A stretch of 64,000 bases of DNA from Eledone cirrhosa (taxonomy: Eukaryota), in NCBI GenBank assembly GCA_964016885.1, contig OZ024744.1, positions 135,160,001 to 135,224,000 on the forward strand, read 5' to 3'. A model generated the notes under the pieces. The model was not told the DNA's origin. It did not search any database and was given only the letters and a program-made list of their open reading frames with translations. Below, piece by piece: positions 11,601-24,700 of this stretch. Numbering within the stretch: the stretch's first letter is position 1; each line of letters begins with the position of its first letter. The position numbers were made by a program, and so were the translations under genes.

Positions 11601-14600
11601 GGGTTAAGTTAAGTTGGGGTTAAGTTAAGTTGGGGTTACTTTAAGTTGGGGTTAAGTTAAGTTGGGGTTAATTTAAGTTGGGGTTAAGTTAAGTTGGGGT
11701 TAAGTTAAGTTGCGGTTAAATTAAGTTGGGGTTAAGTTAATTTGGGGTTAAGTTAAGTTGGGGTTAAGATAAGTTGGGGTTAAGTTAAGTAGGGGTTGAG
11801 TTAAGTTGGGGTTGAGTTAATTTGGGGTTAACTTAAGTTGGGGGTACTTAAGTTGGGTTTAAGTTAAGTGGGGTTAAGTTAAGTTGGGGTTAAGTTAAGT
11901 TGGGGTTAAGTTAGGATGTGGTTAAGTTAAGTTGGGGTAAGTTAAGTTGGGGGTAAGTTAAGTTGGGGTTAATTTAAGTTGGGTCTAATTAAGTTGGGGT
12001 TAAGTTAAGTTGGGGTTAAGTTAAATTGGGGTTAAATTAAGTTGGGGTTAAGTTAAGTTGGGGCTAAATTAAGTTTGGGTTAATTAAGTTGGGGTTAAGT
12101 TAAGTTGGGGTTAAGTTAAGTTGGGGTTAAGTTAAGTTGGGGGTAAGTTAAGTTGGTGGTAAGTTAAGTTGGGGGTAAGTTAAGATGGGGTTAAGTTAAG
12201 TCGGGGTTAAGTTAATTTGGGGTTAAGTTAGGGTTAAGTTAAGTTGGGGTTGAGTTAAGTTGGGGTTAAGTTAAGTTGGGGTTATGTTAAGTTGGGGTTA
12301 AATTAAGTTGGGGTTAAGTTAAGTTGGGGTTAAGTTAAGTTGGTGTTAAGTTAAGTTGGGGCTAAGTTAAGTTGGGGCTGAGTTAAGTTGGGGCTGAGTT
12401 AAGTTGGGGTTAAGTTAAGTTGGGGTTAAGTTAAGTTGGGGTTAAGTTAAGTTGGGGTTAAGTTAAGTTGGGGTTGAGTTAAGTTGGGGTTCAGTTAAGT
12501 TGGGGTTAAGTTAAGTTGGGGTTAAGATGGGGTTAAATTAAGTTGGGGTTAAGTTAAGTTGGGGTTAAGTTAAGTTGGGGTTAAGTTAAGTTGGGGTTAA
12601 GTTAAGTCGGGGTTAAGTTAAGTCGGGGTTAAGTTAAGTTAGGGTTAAGTTAAGTTGGAGTTAAGTTAAGTTGGGGTTGAGTTAAGTTGGGGTTGAGTTA
12701 AATTGGGGTGGAGTTAAGTTGGGGTTGCGTTAAGTTGGTGTTGAGTTAAGTTGGGGTTAAGTTAAGTTGGGGTTAAGTTAAGTTAGGGTTAAGTTAAGTT
12801 GGTGTTAAGTTAAGTTGGGGCTAAGTTAAGTTGGGGCTGAGTTAAGTTGGGGCTGAGTTAAGTTGGGGTTAAGTTAAGTTGGGGTTGAGTTAAGTTGGGG
12901 TTAAGTTAAGTTTGGGTTAAGTTAAGTTGGGGTTAAGTTAAGTTGGGGTTAAGTTAAGTTGGGGTTTAGTTAAGTTGGGGTTCAGTTAAGTTGGGGTTAA
13001 GTTAAGTTTGGGTTAAGTTGGGGTTAAATTAAGTTGGGGTTAAGTTAAGTTGGGGTTTAGTTAAGTTGGGGTTAAGTTAAGTTGGGGTTAATTTAAGTTG
13101 GGGTTAAGTTAAGTTGCGGGTAATTTAAGTTGGGGTTAAGTTAAGTTGGGGTTAAATTAAGTTGGAGTTAAGTTAAGTTGGGGTTAAGTTAAGTTGGGGT
13201 TAAGTTAAGTTGGGGGTAAGTTAAGTTGGTGGTAAGTTAAGTTGGGGGTAAGTTAAGATGGGGTTAAGTTAAGTTGGGGTTAAATTAAGTTGGGGTTAAA
13301 TTAAGTTGGGGTTAAGTTAAGTTGGGGGTAAGTTAAGTTGGGGGCAAGTTAAGTTGGGGTTAAGTTAAGTTGGGGTTAAATTAAGTTGGGGTTAAGTTAA
13401 GTTGGGGTTAAGCTAACTGGTGGTTATGTTAAGTTGGGGTTAAGTTAATTTGGGGTTAAGTTAGGGATAAGTTAAGTTGGGGTTGAGTTAAGTTGGGGTT
13501 AAGTTAAGTTGGGGTTAAGTTAAGTTGGGGTAAATTTAAGTTGGGGTTAAGTTAAGTTGGGGTTAAGTTAAGTTGGGGTTAAGTTAAGTTGGGGTTAAGT
13601 TAAGTTGGGGTTAAATTAAGTTGGGGTTAAGTTAATTTAGGGTTAAGTTATGGTTAAGTTAAGTTGGGGTTGAGTTAAGTTGGGGTTAAGTTAAGTTGGG
13701 GTTATGTTAAGATGGGGTTAAGTTAAGTTGGAGTTAAGTTGAGTTGGGGTTCAGTTAAGTTGCGGTTAATTTAAGTTGGGGTTAAGTTAAGTTGGGGTTA
13801 AGTTAAGTTGGGGTTAAGTTAAGTTGGGGTTAATTTAAGTTGGGGTTAAGTTAAGTTGGGGTTAAGTTAAGTTGGGGTTAATTTAAGATGGGGTTAAGTT
13901 AAGTTGGGGTTAAATTAAGTTGGGGTTAAGTTAAGTTGGGGTTAAGTTAAGTTGGGGTTAAATTAAGTTGGGGTTAAAGTAAGTTGGGGTTAAGTTAAGT
14001 TGGGGGTAAGTTAAGTTGGGGGCAAGTTAAGTTGGGGTTAAGTTAAGTTGGGGTTAAATTAAGTTGGGGTTAAGTTAAGTTGGGGTTAAGTTAAGTTGGG
14101 GTTAAGTTAAGTTGGGGTTAAGTTAAATTGGCGTTAAGTTAAGTTGGGGTAAAGTTAAGTTGGGGTTAATTTAAGTTGGGGTTAAGTTAAGGCGGGGTTA
14201 AGTTGAGTTGGGGTTAAGTTAAGTTGGGGTTAAGTTAAGTTGGGTTGAGTTAATTTGGGGTTAACTTAAGTTGGGGGTACTTAAGTTGGGTTTAAGTTAA
14301 GTGGGGTTAAGTTAAGTTGGGGTTAAGTTAAGTTGGGGTTAAGTTAAGTTGGGGTTAAGTTAGGTTGTCGTTAAGTTAAGTTGGGGGTAAGTTAAGTTGG
14401 GTGTAAGTTAAGTTGGGGTTAATTTAAGTTGGGTCTAATTAAGTTGGGGTTAAGTTAAGTTGGGGTTAAGTTAAGTTGGGGTTGAGTTAATTTGGGGTTA
14501 ACTTAAGTTGGGGGTACTTAAGTTGGGTTTAAGTTATGTGGGGTTAAGTTAAGTTGGGGTTAAGTTAAGTTGGGGTTAAGTTAAGTTGGGGGTAAGTTAA

Positions 14601-15060
14601 GTTGAGGGTAAGTTAAGTTGGGGTTGAGTTAATTTGGGGTTAAGTTAAGTTGGGGTTATGTTAAGTTGGGGTTAAGGTAAGTTGGGGTTAAGTTGAGTTG
14701 GGGTTCAGTTAAGTTGCGGTTAATTTAAGTAGGGGTTAAGTTAAGTTGGGGTTAATTTAAGTTGGGGTTAAGTTAAGTTGGGCTTAATTTAAGTTGGGGT
14801 TAAGTTAAGTTGGGGTTAAGTTAAGTTGGGGTTAAGTTAAGTTGGGGTTAAGTTAAGTTGGGGTTAAATTAAATTGGGGTTAAGTTAAGTTGGGGTTAAG
14901 TTAAGTTGGGGTTAAGATAAGTTGGGGTTAAGTTAAGTTGGGGTTGAGTTAAGTTGGAGTTGAGTTAATTTGGGGTTAACTTAAGTTGGGGGTACTTAAG
15001 TTGGGTTTAAGTTAAGTGGGGTTAAGTTAAGTTGGGGTTAAGTTAAGTTGGGGTTAAGTT
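6180..15060 (+). repeat. Tandem duplication of about 4.5 kb (period 4475-4491 bp)
   Basis: TTTGGGCTTAAC at 6625/11100 gives offset 4475. GGTTGCGTT at 8237/12728, AACTGGTGG at 8926/13417 and GTTGTCG at 9878/14369 give offset 4491. Confidence 0.85.
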
Positions 15061-15499
15061 AAGTTGGGGTTAATTTAAGTTGGGGTTAAGTTAAGTTGGG
15101 GTTAAGTTAAGTTGGGGTTAAGTTAAGTTGGGGTTAAATTAAGTTGGGGTTAAATTAAGTTGGGGTTAAGTTAAGTTGGGGGTAAGTTAAGTTGGGGGCA
15201 AGTTAAGTTGGGGTTAAGTTAAGTTGGGGTTAAATTAAGTTGGGGTTAAGTTAAGTTGGTGTTAAGTTAAGTTGGGGTTTATTTAAGTTGGGGTTAATTA
15301 AGTTGGGGATAAGTTAAGTTGGGGTTAAGTTAAGTTGGGGTTAATTTAAGTTGGGGTTGAGTTAAGTTGGGGTTAAGTTAAGTTGGGGTTAAGTTAAGTT
15401 GGTGTTAAGTTAAGTTGGGGCTAAGTTAAGTTGGGGCTGAGTTAAGTTGGGGCTGTGTTAAGTTGGGGTTAAGTTAAGTTGGGGTTGAGTTAAGTTGGG

Positions 15500-18400
15500 G
15501 TTAAGTTAAGTTGGGGTTAAGTTAAGTTGGGGTTTAGTTAAGTTGGGGTTCAGTTAAGTTGGGGTTAAGTTAAGTTTGGGTTAAGTTGGGGTTAAATTAA
15601 GTTGGGGTTAAGTTAAGTTGGGGTTATGCTAAGTTGGGGTTAAGTTAAGTTGCGGTTAAGTTAAGTTGGGGTTAAGTTAAGTTGGGGTTAAGTTAACTTG
15701 GGGTTAAGTTAAGTTGGGGTTAAGTTAAGTTGGGGTTAAGTTAAGTTGGGGTTAATTTAAGTTGGGGTTAAGTTAAGGCGGGGTTAAGTTGAGTTGGGGT
15801 TAAGTTAAGTTGGGGTTAAGTTAAGTTGGGGTTGAGTTAATTTGGGGTTAACTTAAGTTGGGGGTACTTAAGTTGGGTTTAAGTTAAGTGGGGTTCAGTT
15901 AAGTTGGGGTTAAGTTAAGTTGGGGTTAAGTTAAGTTGGGGTTAAGTTAGGTTGTGGTTAAGTTAAGTTGGGGTTAAGTTAAGTTGGGGGTAAGTTAAGT
16001 TGGTGGTAAGTTAAGTTGGGGGTAAGTTAAGATGGGGTTAAGTTAGGGTTAAGTTAAGTTGGGGTTGAGTTAAGTTGGGGTTAAGTTAAGTTGCGGTTAC
16101 GTTAATTTGGGGTTAAGTTAAGTTGGGGTTAAGTTGAGTTGGGGTTCAGTTAAGTTGCGGTTAAGTTAAGTTGGGGTTAAGTTAAGTTGGGGTTAAGTTA
16201 AGTTGGGGTTACTTTAAGTTGGGGTTAAGTTAAGTTGGGGTTAAGTTAAGTTGGGGTTAAGTTAAGTTGGGGTTAAGTTAAGTTGCGGTTAAATTAAGTT
16301 GGGGTTAAGTTAATTTGGGGTTAAGTTAAGTTGGGGTTAAGATAAGTTGGGGTTAAGTTAAGTTGGGGTTGAGTTAAGTTGGGGTTGAGTTAATTTGGGG
16401 TTAACTTAAGTTGGGGGTACTTAAGTTGGGTTTAAGTTAAGTGGGGTTAAGTTAAGTTGGGGTTAAGTTAAGTTGGTGTTAATTTAAGTTGGGGCTGAGT
16501 TAAGTTGGGGCTGAGTTAAGTTGGGGTTAAGTTAAGTTGAGGTTGAGTTAAGTTGGGGTTAAGTTAAGTTGGAGTTAAGTTAAGTTGGGGTTAAGTTAAG
16601 TTGGGGTTAAGTTAAGTTGGGGTTGAGTTAAGTTGGGGTTAAGTTAAGTTGGGGTTAAGATGGGGTTAAATTAAGTTGGGGTTAAGTTAAGTTGGGGTTA
16701 AGTTAAGTCGGGGTTAAGTTAAGTTGGGGTTGAGTTAAGTTGGGGTTGAGTTAAATTGGGGTGGAGTTAAGTTGGGGTTGAGTTAAGTTGGTGTTGAGTT
16801 AAGTTGGGGTTAACTTAAGTTGGGGTTAAGTTAAGTTGCAGTTAAGTTAAGTTGAGTTTAAGTTAAGTTGGGGCTAAGTTAAGTTGGGGCTAAGTTAAGT
16901 TGGGGCTAAGTTAAGTTGGGGCTAAGTTAAGTTGGGGTTCAGTTAAGTTGGTGTTAAGTTAAGTTTGGGTTAAGTTGGGGTTAAATGAAGTTGGGATTAA
17001 GTTAAGTTGGGGTTTAGTTAAGTTGGGGTTAAGTTAAGTTGGGGTTAATTTAAGTTGGGGTTAAGTTAAGTTGGGGTTAAGTTAAGTGGTGGTTATGTTA
17101 AGTTGGGGTTAAGTTAAGTTGGGGTTAATTTAAATTGGGGTTAAGTTAATTTTGTGGTTAAGTTAAGTTGGGGTTAAGTTAAGTCGGGGTTAAGTTAATT
17201 TGGGGTTGAGTTAAGTTGGGGTTAATTTAAGTTGGGGCTAAGTTAATTTGTGGTTAAGTTAAGTTGGGGTTAAGTTAAGTTGGGGTTAAGTTAAGTTGGA
17301 GTTAAGTTAAGTTGGGGTTAAATTAAGTTGGGGTTAAGTTAAGTTGGGGTTAAATTAAGTTGGAGTTAAGTTAAGTTGGGGTTAAGTTAAGTTGGGGTTA
17401 AGTTAAGTTGGGGGTAAGTTAAGTTGGTGGTAAGTTAAGTTGGGGGTAAGTTAAGATGGGGTTAAGTTAAGTTGGGGTTAAGTTAATTTGGGGTTAAGTT
17501 AGGCTTAAGTTAAGTTGGGGTTGAGTTAAGTTGGGGTTAAGTTAAGTTGCGGTTACGTTAATTTGGGGTTAAGTTAAGTTGGGGTTAAGTTGAGTTGGGG
17601 TTCAGTTAAGTTGCGGTTAAGTTAAGTTGGGGTTAAGTTAAGTTGGGGTTAAGTTAAGTTGGGGTTACTTTAAGTTGGGGTTAAGTTAAGTTGGGGTTAA
17701 GTTAAGTTGGGGTTAAGTTAAGTTGGGGTTAAGTTAAGTTGCGGTTAAATTAAGTTGGGGTTAAGTTAATTTGGGGTTAAGTTAAGTTGGGGTTAAGATA
17801 AGTTGGGGTTAAGTTAAGTTGGGGTTGAGTTAAGTTGGGGTTGAGTTAATTTGGGGTTAACTTAAGTTGGGGGTACTTAAGTTGGGTTTAAGTTAAGTTG
17901 GGTTAAGTTAAGTTGGGGTTAAGTTAAGTTGGTGTTAAGTTAAGTTGGGGCTGAGTTAAGTTGGGGTTAAGTTAAGTTGCGGTTAAATTAAGTTGGGGTT
18001 AAGTTAAGTTGGGGTTAAGTTAAGTTGGAGTTAAGTTAAGTTGGGGTTAAGTTAAGTTGGGGTTAAGTTAAGTTGGGGTTGAGTTAAGTTGGGGTTAAGT
18101 TAAGTTGGGGTTAAGATGGGGTTAAATTAAGTTGGGGTTAAGTTAAGTTGGGGTTAAGTTAAGTCGGGGTTAAGTTAAGTTGGGGTTAAGTTAAGTTGGG
18201 GTTAAGTTAAGTTGGGGTTAAGTTAAGTTGGGGTTGAGTTAAGTTGGGGTTAAGTTAAGTTGGGGTTAAGTTAAGTTGGGGTTCAGTTAAGTTGGGGCTG
18301 AGTTAAGTTGGGGCTGAGTTAAGTTGGGGTTAAGTTAAGTTGGGGTTGAGTTAAGTTGGGGTTAAGTTAAGTTGGGGTTAAGTTAAGTTGGGGTTAAGTT

Positions 18401-21400
18401 AAGTTGGGGGTAAGTTAAGTTGGTGGTAAGTTAAGTTGGGGGTAAGTTAAGATGGGGTTAAGTTAAGTTGGGGTTAAATAAAGTTGGGGTTAAATTAAGT
18501 TGGGGTTAAGTTAAGTTGGGGGTAAGTTAAGTTGGGGGCAAGTTAAGTTGGGGTTAAGTTAAGTTGGGGTTAAATTAAGTTGGGGTTAAGTTAAGTTGGG
18601 GTTAAGTTAACTGGTGGTTATGTTAAGTTGGGGTTAAGTTAATTTGGGGTTAAGTTAGGGATAAGTTAAGTTGGGGTTGAGTTAAGTTGGGGTTAAGTTA
18701 AGTTGGGGTTAAGTTAAGTTGGGGTAAATTTAAGTTGGGGTTAAGTTAAGTTGGGGTTAAGTTAAGTTGGGGTTAAGTTAAGTTGGGGTTAAGTTAAGTT
18801 GGGGTTAAATTAAGTTGGGGTTAAGTTAATTTAGGGTTAAGTTATGGTTAAGTTAAGTTGGGGTTGAGTTAAGTTGGGGTTAAGTTAAGTTGGGGTTATG
18901 TTAAGATGGGGTTAAGTTAAGTTGGAGTTAAGTTGAGTTGGGGTTCAGTTAAGTTGCGGTTAATTTAAGTTGGGGTTAAGTTAAGTTGGGGTTGAGTTAA
19001 GTTGGGGTTAAGTTAAGTTGGGGTTAAGTTAAGTTGGGGTTTAGTTAAGTTGGGGTTCAGTTAAGTTGGGGTTAAGTTAAGTTTGGGTTAAGTTGGGGTT
19101 AAATTAAGTTGGGGTTAAGTTAAGTTGGGGTTATGCTAAGTTGGGGTTAAGTTAAGTTGCGGTTAAGTTAAGTTGGGGTTAAGTTAAGTTGGGGTTAAGT
19201 TAACTTGGGGTTAAGTTAAGTTGGGGTTAATTTAAGTTGGGGTTAAGTTAAGGCGGGGTTAAGTTGAGTTGGGGTTAAGTTAAGTTGGGGTTAAGTTAAG
19301 TTGGGGTTGAGTTAATTTGGGGTTAACTTAAGTTGGGGGTACTTAAGTTGGGTTTAAGTTAAGTGGGGTTCAGTTAAGTTGGGGTTAAGTTAAGTTGGGG
19401 TTAAGTTAAGTTGGGGTTAAGTTAGGTTGTGGTTAAGTTAAGTTGGGGTTAAGTTAAGTTGGGGGTAAGTTAAGTTGGTGGTAAGTTAAGTTGGGGGTAA
19501 GTTAAGATGGGGTTAAGTTAAGTTGGGGTTAAGTTAATTTGGGGTTAAGTTAGGGTTAAGTTAAGTTGGGGTTGAGTTAAGTTGGGGTTAAGTTAAGTTG
19601 CGGTTACGTTAATTTGGGGTTAAGTTAAGTTGGGGTTAAGTTGAGTTGGGGTTCAGTTAAGTTGCGGTTAAGTTAAGTTGGGGTTAAGTTAAGTTGGGGT
19701 TAAGTTAAGTTGGGGTTACTTTAAGTTGAGGTTAAGTTAAGTTGGGGTTAAGTTAAGTTGGGGTTAAGTTAAGTTGGGGTTAAGTTAAGTTGCGGTTAAA
19801 TTAAGTTGGGGTTAAGTTAATTTGGGGTTAAGTTAAGTTGGGGTTAAGATAAGTTGGGGTTAAGTTAAGTTGGGGTTGAGTTAAGTTGGGGTTGAGTTAA
19901 TTTGGGGTTAACTTAAGTTGGGGGTACTTAAGTTGGGTTTAAGTTAAGTGGGGTTAAGTTAAGTTGGGGTTAAGTTAAGTTGGTGTTAAGTTAAGTTGGG
20001 GCTGAGTTAAGTTGGGGCTGAGTTAAGTTGGGGTTAAGTTAAGTTGAGGTTGAGTTAAGTTGGGGTTAAGTTAAGTTGGAGTTAAGTTAAGTTGGGGTTA
20101 AGTTAAGTTGGGGTTAAGTTAAGTTGGGGTTGAGTTAAGTTGGGGTTAAGTTAAGTTGGGGTTAAGATGGGGTTAAATTAAGTTGGGGTTAAGTTAAGTT
20201 GGGGTTAAGTTAAGTCGGGGTTAAGTTAAGTTGGGGTTGAGTTAAGTTGGGGTTGAGTTAAATTGGGGTGGAGTTAAGTTGGGGTTGAGTTAAGTTGGTG
20301 TTGAGTTAAGTTGGGGTTAACTTAAGTTGGGGTTAAGTTAAGTTGCAGTTAAGTTAAGTTGAGTTTAAGTTAAGTTGGGGCTAAGTTAAGTTGGGGCTAA
20401 GTTAAGTTGGGGCTAAGTTAAGTTGGGGCTAAGTTAAGTTGGGGTTCAGTTAAGTTGGTGTTAAGTTAAGTTTGGGTTAAGTTGGGGTTAAATGAAGTTG
20501 GGATTAAGTTAAGTTGGGGTTTAGTTAAGTTGGGGTTAAGTTAAGTTGGGGTTAATTTAAGTTGGGGTTAAGTTAAGTTGGGGTTAAGTTAAGTGGTGGT
20601 TATGTTAAGTTGGGGTTAAGTTAAGTTGGGGTTAATTTAAATTGGGGTTAAGTTAATTTTGTGGTTAAGTTAAGTTGGGGTTAAGTTAAGTCGGGGTTAA
20701 GTTAATTTGGGGTTGAGTTAAGTTGGGGTTAATTTAAGTTGGGGCTAAGTTAATTTGTGGTTAAGTTAAGTTGGGGTTAAGTTAAGTTGGGGTTAAGTTA
20801 AGTTGGAGTTAAGTTAAGTTGGGGTTAAATTAAGTTGGGGTTAAGTTAAGTTGGGGTTAAATTAAGTTGGAGTTAAGTTAAGTTGGGGTTAAGTTAAGTT
20901 GGGGTTAAGTTAAGTTGGGGGTAAGTTAAGTTGGTGGTAAGTTAAGTTGGGGGTAAGTTAAGATGGGGTTAAGTTAAGTTGGGGTTAAGTTAATTTGGGG
21001 TTAAGTTAGGGTTAAGTTAAGTTGGGGTTGAGTTAAGTTGGGGTTAAGTTAAGTTGCGGTTACGTTAATTTGGGGTTAAGTTAAGTTGGGGTTAAGTTGA
21101 GTTGGGGTTCAGTTAAGTTGCGGTTAAGTTAAGTTGGGGTTAAGTTAAGTTGGGGTTAAGTTAAGTTGGGGTTACTTTAAGTTGGGGTTAAGTTAAGTTG
21201 GGGTTAAGTTAAGTTGGGGTTAAGTTAAGTTGGGGTTAAGTTAAGTTGCGGTTAAATTAAGTTGGGGTTAAGTTAATTTGGGGTTAAGTTAAGTTGGGGT
21301 TAAGATAAGTTGGGGTTAAGTTAAGTTGGGGTTGAGTTAAGTTGGGGTTGAGTTAATTTGGGGTTAACTTAAGTTGGGGGTACTTAAGTTGGGTTTAAGT

Positions 21401-21750
21401 TAAGTTGGGTTAAGTTAACTTGGGGTTAAGTTAAGTTGGTGTTAAGTTAAGTTGGGGCTGAGTTAAGTTGGGGCTGAGTTAAGTTGGGGTTAAGTTAAGT
21501 TGGGGTTGAGTTAAGTTGGGGTTAAGTTAAGTTGGGGTTAAGTTAAGTTGGGGTTAAGTTAAGTTGGGGTTAAGTTAAGTTGGGGTTGAGTTAAGTTGGG
21601 GTTAAGTTAAGTTGGGGTTAAGTTAAGTTGGGGTTCAGTTAAGTTGGGGCTGAGTTAAGTTGGGGCTGAGTTAAGTTGGGGTTAAGTTAAGTTGGGGTTG
21701 AGTTAAGTTGGGGTTAAGTTAAGTTGGGGTTAAGTTAAGTTGGGGTTAAG
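15500..21750 (+). repeat. Tandem-like duplication with a period of about 3.5 kb
   Basis: TTATGCTAAG at 15629/19136 and AAATGAAGTTGGGATT at 16996/20503 both give offset 3507. Confidence 0.8.
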
Positions 21751-24700
21751 TTAAGTTGGGGGTAAGTTAAGTTGGTGGTAAGTTAAGTTGGGGGTAAGTT
21801 AAGATGGGGTTAAGTTAAGTTGGGGTTAAATTAAGTTGGGGTTAAATTAAGTTGGGGTTAAGTTAAGTTGGGGGTAAGTTAAGTTGGGGGCAAGTTAAGT
21901 TGGGGTTAAGTTGGGGTTAAATTAAGTTGGGGTTAAGTTAAGTTGGGGTTAAGTTAACTGGTGGTTATGTTAAGTTGGGGTTAAGTTAATTTGGGGTTAA
22001 GTTAGGGATAAGTTAAGTTGGGGTTGATTTAAGTTGGGGTTAAGTTAAGTTGGGGTTAAGTTAAGTTGGGGTAAATTTAAGTTGGGGTTAAGTTAAGTTG
22101 GGGTTAAGTTAAGTTGGGGTTAAGTTAAGTTGGGGTTAAGTTAAGTTGGGGTTAAATTAAGTTGGGGTTAAGTTAATTTAGGGTTAAGTTATGGTTAAGT
22201 TAAGTTGGGGTTGAGTTAAGTTGGGGTTAAGTTAAGTTGGGGTTATGTTAAGATGGGGTTAAGTTAAGTTGGAGTTAAGTTGAGTTGGGGTTCAGTTAAG
22301 TTGCGGTTAATTTAAGTTGGGGTTAAGTTAAGTTGGGGTTAAGTTAAGTTGGGGTTAAGTTAAGTTGGGGTTAATTTAAGTTGGGGTTAAGTTAAGTTGG
22401 GGTTAAGTTAAGTTGGGGTTAATTTAAGATGGGGTTAAGTTAAGTTGGGGTTAAATTAAGTTGGGGTTAAGTTAAGTTGGGGTTCAGTTAAGTTGGGGTT
22501 AAATTAAGTTGGGGTTAAAGTAAGTTGGGGTTAAGTTAAGTTGGGGGTAAGTTAAGTTGGGGGCAAGTTAAGTTGGGGTTAAGTTAAGTTGGGGTTAAAT
22601 TAAGTTGGGGTTAAGTTAAGTTGGGGTTAAGTTAAGTTGGGGTTAAGTTAAGTTGGGGTTAAGTTAAATTGGCGTTAAGTTAAGTTGGGGTAAAGTTAAG
22701 TTGGGGTTAATTTAAGTTGGGGTTAAGTTAAGGCGGGGTTAAGTTGAGTTGGGGTTAAGTTAAGTTGGGGTTAAGTTAAGTTGGGTTGAGTTAATTTGGG
22801 GTTAACTTAAGTTGGGGGTACTTAAGTTGGGTTTAAGTTAAGTGGGGTTAAGTTAAGTTGGGGTTAAGTTAAGTTGGGGTTAAGTTAAGTTGGGGTTAAG
22901 TTAGGTTGTCGTTAAGTTAAGTTGGGGGTAAGTTAAGTTGGGTGTAAGTTAAGTTGGGGTTAATTTAAGTTGGGTCTAATTAAGTTGGGGTTAAGTTAAG
23001 TTGGGGTTAAGTTAAGTTGGGGTTGAGTTAATTTGGGGTTAACTTAAGTTGGGGGTACTTAAGTTGGGTTTAAGTTATGTGGGGTTAAGTTAAGTTGGGG
23101 TTAAGTTAAGTTGGGGTTAAGTTAAGTTGGGGGTAAGTTAAGTTGAGGGTAAGTTAAGTTGGGGTTGAGTTAATTTGGGGTTAAGTTAAGTTGGGGTTAT
23201 GTTAAGTTGGGGTTAAGGTAAGTTGGGGTTAAGTTGAGTTGGGGTTCAGTTAAGTTGCGGTTAATTTAAGTAGGGGTTAAGTTAAGTTGGGGTTAATTTA
23301 AGTTGGGGTTAAGTTAAGTTGGGCTTAATTTAAGTTGGGGTTAAGTTAAGTTGGGGTTAAGTTAAGTTGGGGTTAAGTTAAGTTGGGGTTAAGTTAAGTT
23401 GGGGTTAAATTAAATTGGGGTTAAGTTAAGTTGGGGTTAAGTTAAGTTGGGGTTAAGATAAGTTGGGGTTAAGTTAAGTTGGGGTTGAGTTAAGTTGGAG
23501 TTGAGTTAATTTGGGGTTAACTTAAGTTGGGGGTACTTAAGTTGGGTTTAAGTTAAGTGGGGTTAAGTTAAGTTGGGGTTAAGTTAAGTTGGGGTTAAGT
23601 TAAGTTGGGGTTAAGTTAGGTTGTGGTTAAGTTAAGTTGGGGGTAAGTTAAGTTGGGGGTAATTTAAGTTGGGGTTAATTTAAGTTGGGTCTAATTAAGT
23701 TGGGGTTAAGTTAAGTTGGGGTTAAGTTAAGTTGGGGTTAAATTAAGTTGGGGTTAAGTTAAGTTGAGGTTAAATTAAGTTGGGGTTAAGTTAAGTTGGG
23801 GTTAAGTTAAGTTGGGGTTAAGTTAAGTTGGGGTTAAATTAAGTTGGGGTTAAATTAAGTTGGGGTTAAGTTAAGTTGGGGGTAAGTTAAGTTGGGGGCA
23901 AGTTAAGTTGGGGTTAAGTTAAGTTGGGGTTAAATTAAGTTGGGGTTAAGTTAAGTTGGTGTTAAGTTAAGTTGGGGTTTATTTAAGTTGGGGTTAATTA
24001 AGTTGGGGATAAGTTAAGTTGGGGTTAAGTTAAGTTGGGGTTAATTTAAGTTGGGGTTGAGTTAAGTTGGGGTTAAGTTAAGTTGGGGTTAAGTTAAGTT
24101 GGTGTTAAGTTAAGTTGGGGCTAAGTTAAGTTGGGGCTGAGTTAAGTTGGGGCTGTGTTAAGTTGGGGTTAAGTTAAGTTGGGGTTGAGTTAAGTTGGGG
24201 TTAAGTTAAGTTGGGGTTAAGTTAAGTTGGGGTTTAGTTAAGTTGGGGTTCAGTTAAGTTGGGGTTAAGTTAAGTTTGGGTTAAGTTGGGGTTAAATTAA
24301 GTTGGGGTTAAGTTAAGTTGGGGTTATGCTAAGTTGGGGTTAAGTTAAGTTGCGGTTAAGTTAAGTTGGGGTTAAGTTAAGTTGGGGTTAAGTTAACTTG
24401 GGGTTAAGTTAAGTTGGGGTTAAGTTAAGTTGGGGTTAAGTTAAGTTGGGGTTAATTTAAGTTGGGGTTAAGTTAAGGCGGGGTTAAGTTGAGTTGGGGT
24501 TAAGTTAAGTTGGGGTTAAGTTAAGTTGGGGTTGAGTTAATTTGGGGTTAACTTAAGTTGGGGGTACTTAAGTTGGGTTTAAGTTAAGTGGGGTTCAGTT
24601 AAGTTGGGGTTAAGTTAAGTTGGGGTTAAGTTAAGTTGGGGTTAAGTTAGGTTGTGGTTAAGTTAAGTTGGGGTTAAGTTAAGTTGGGGGTAAGTTAAGT

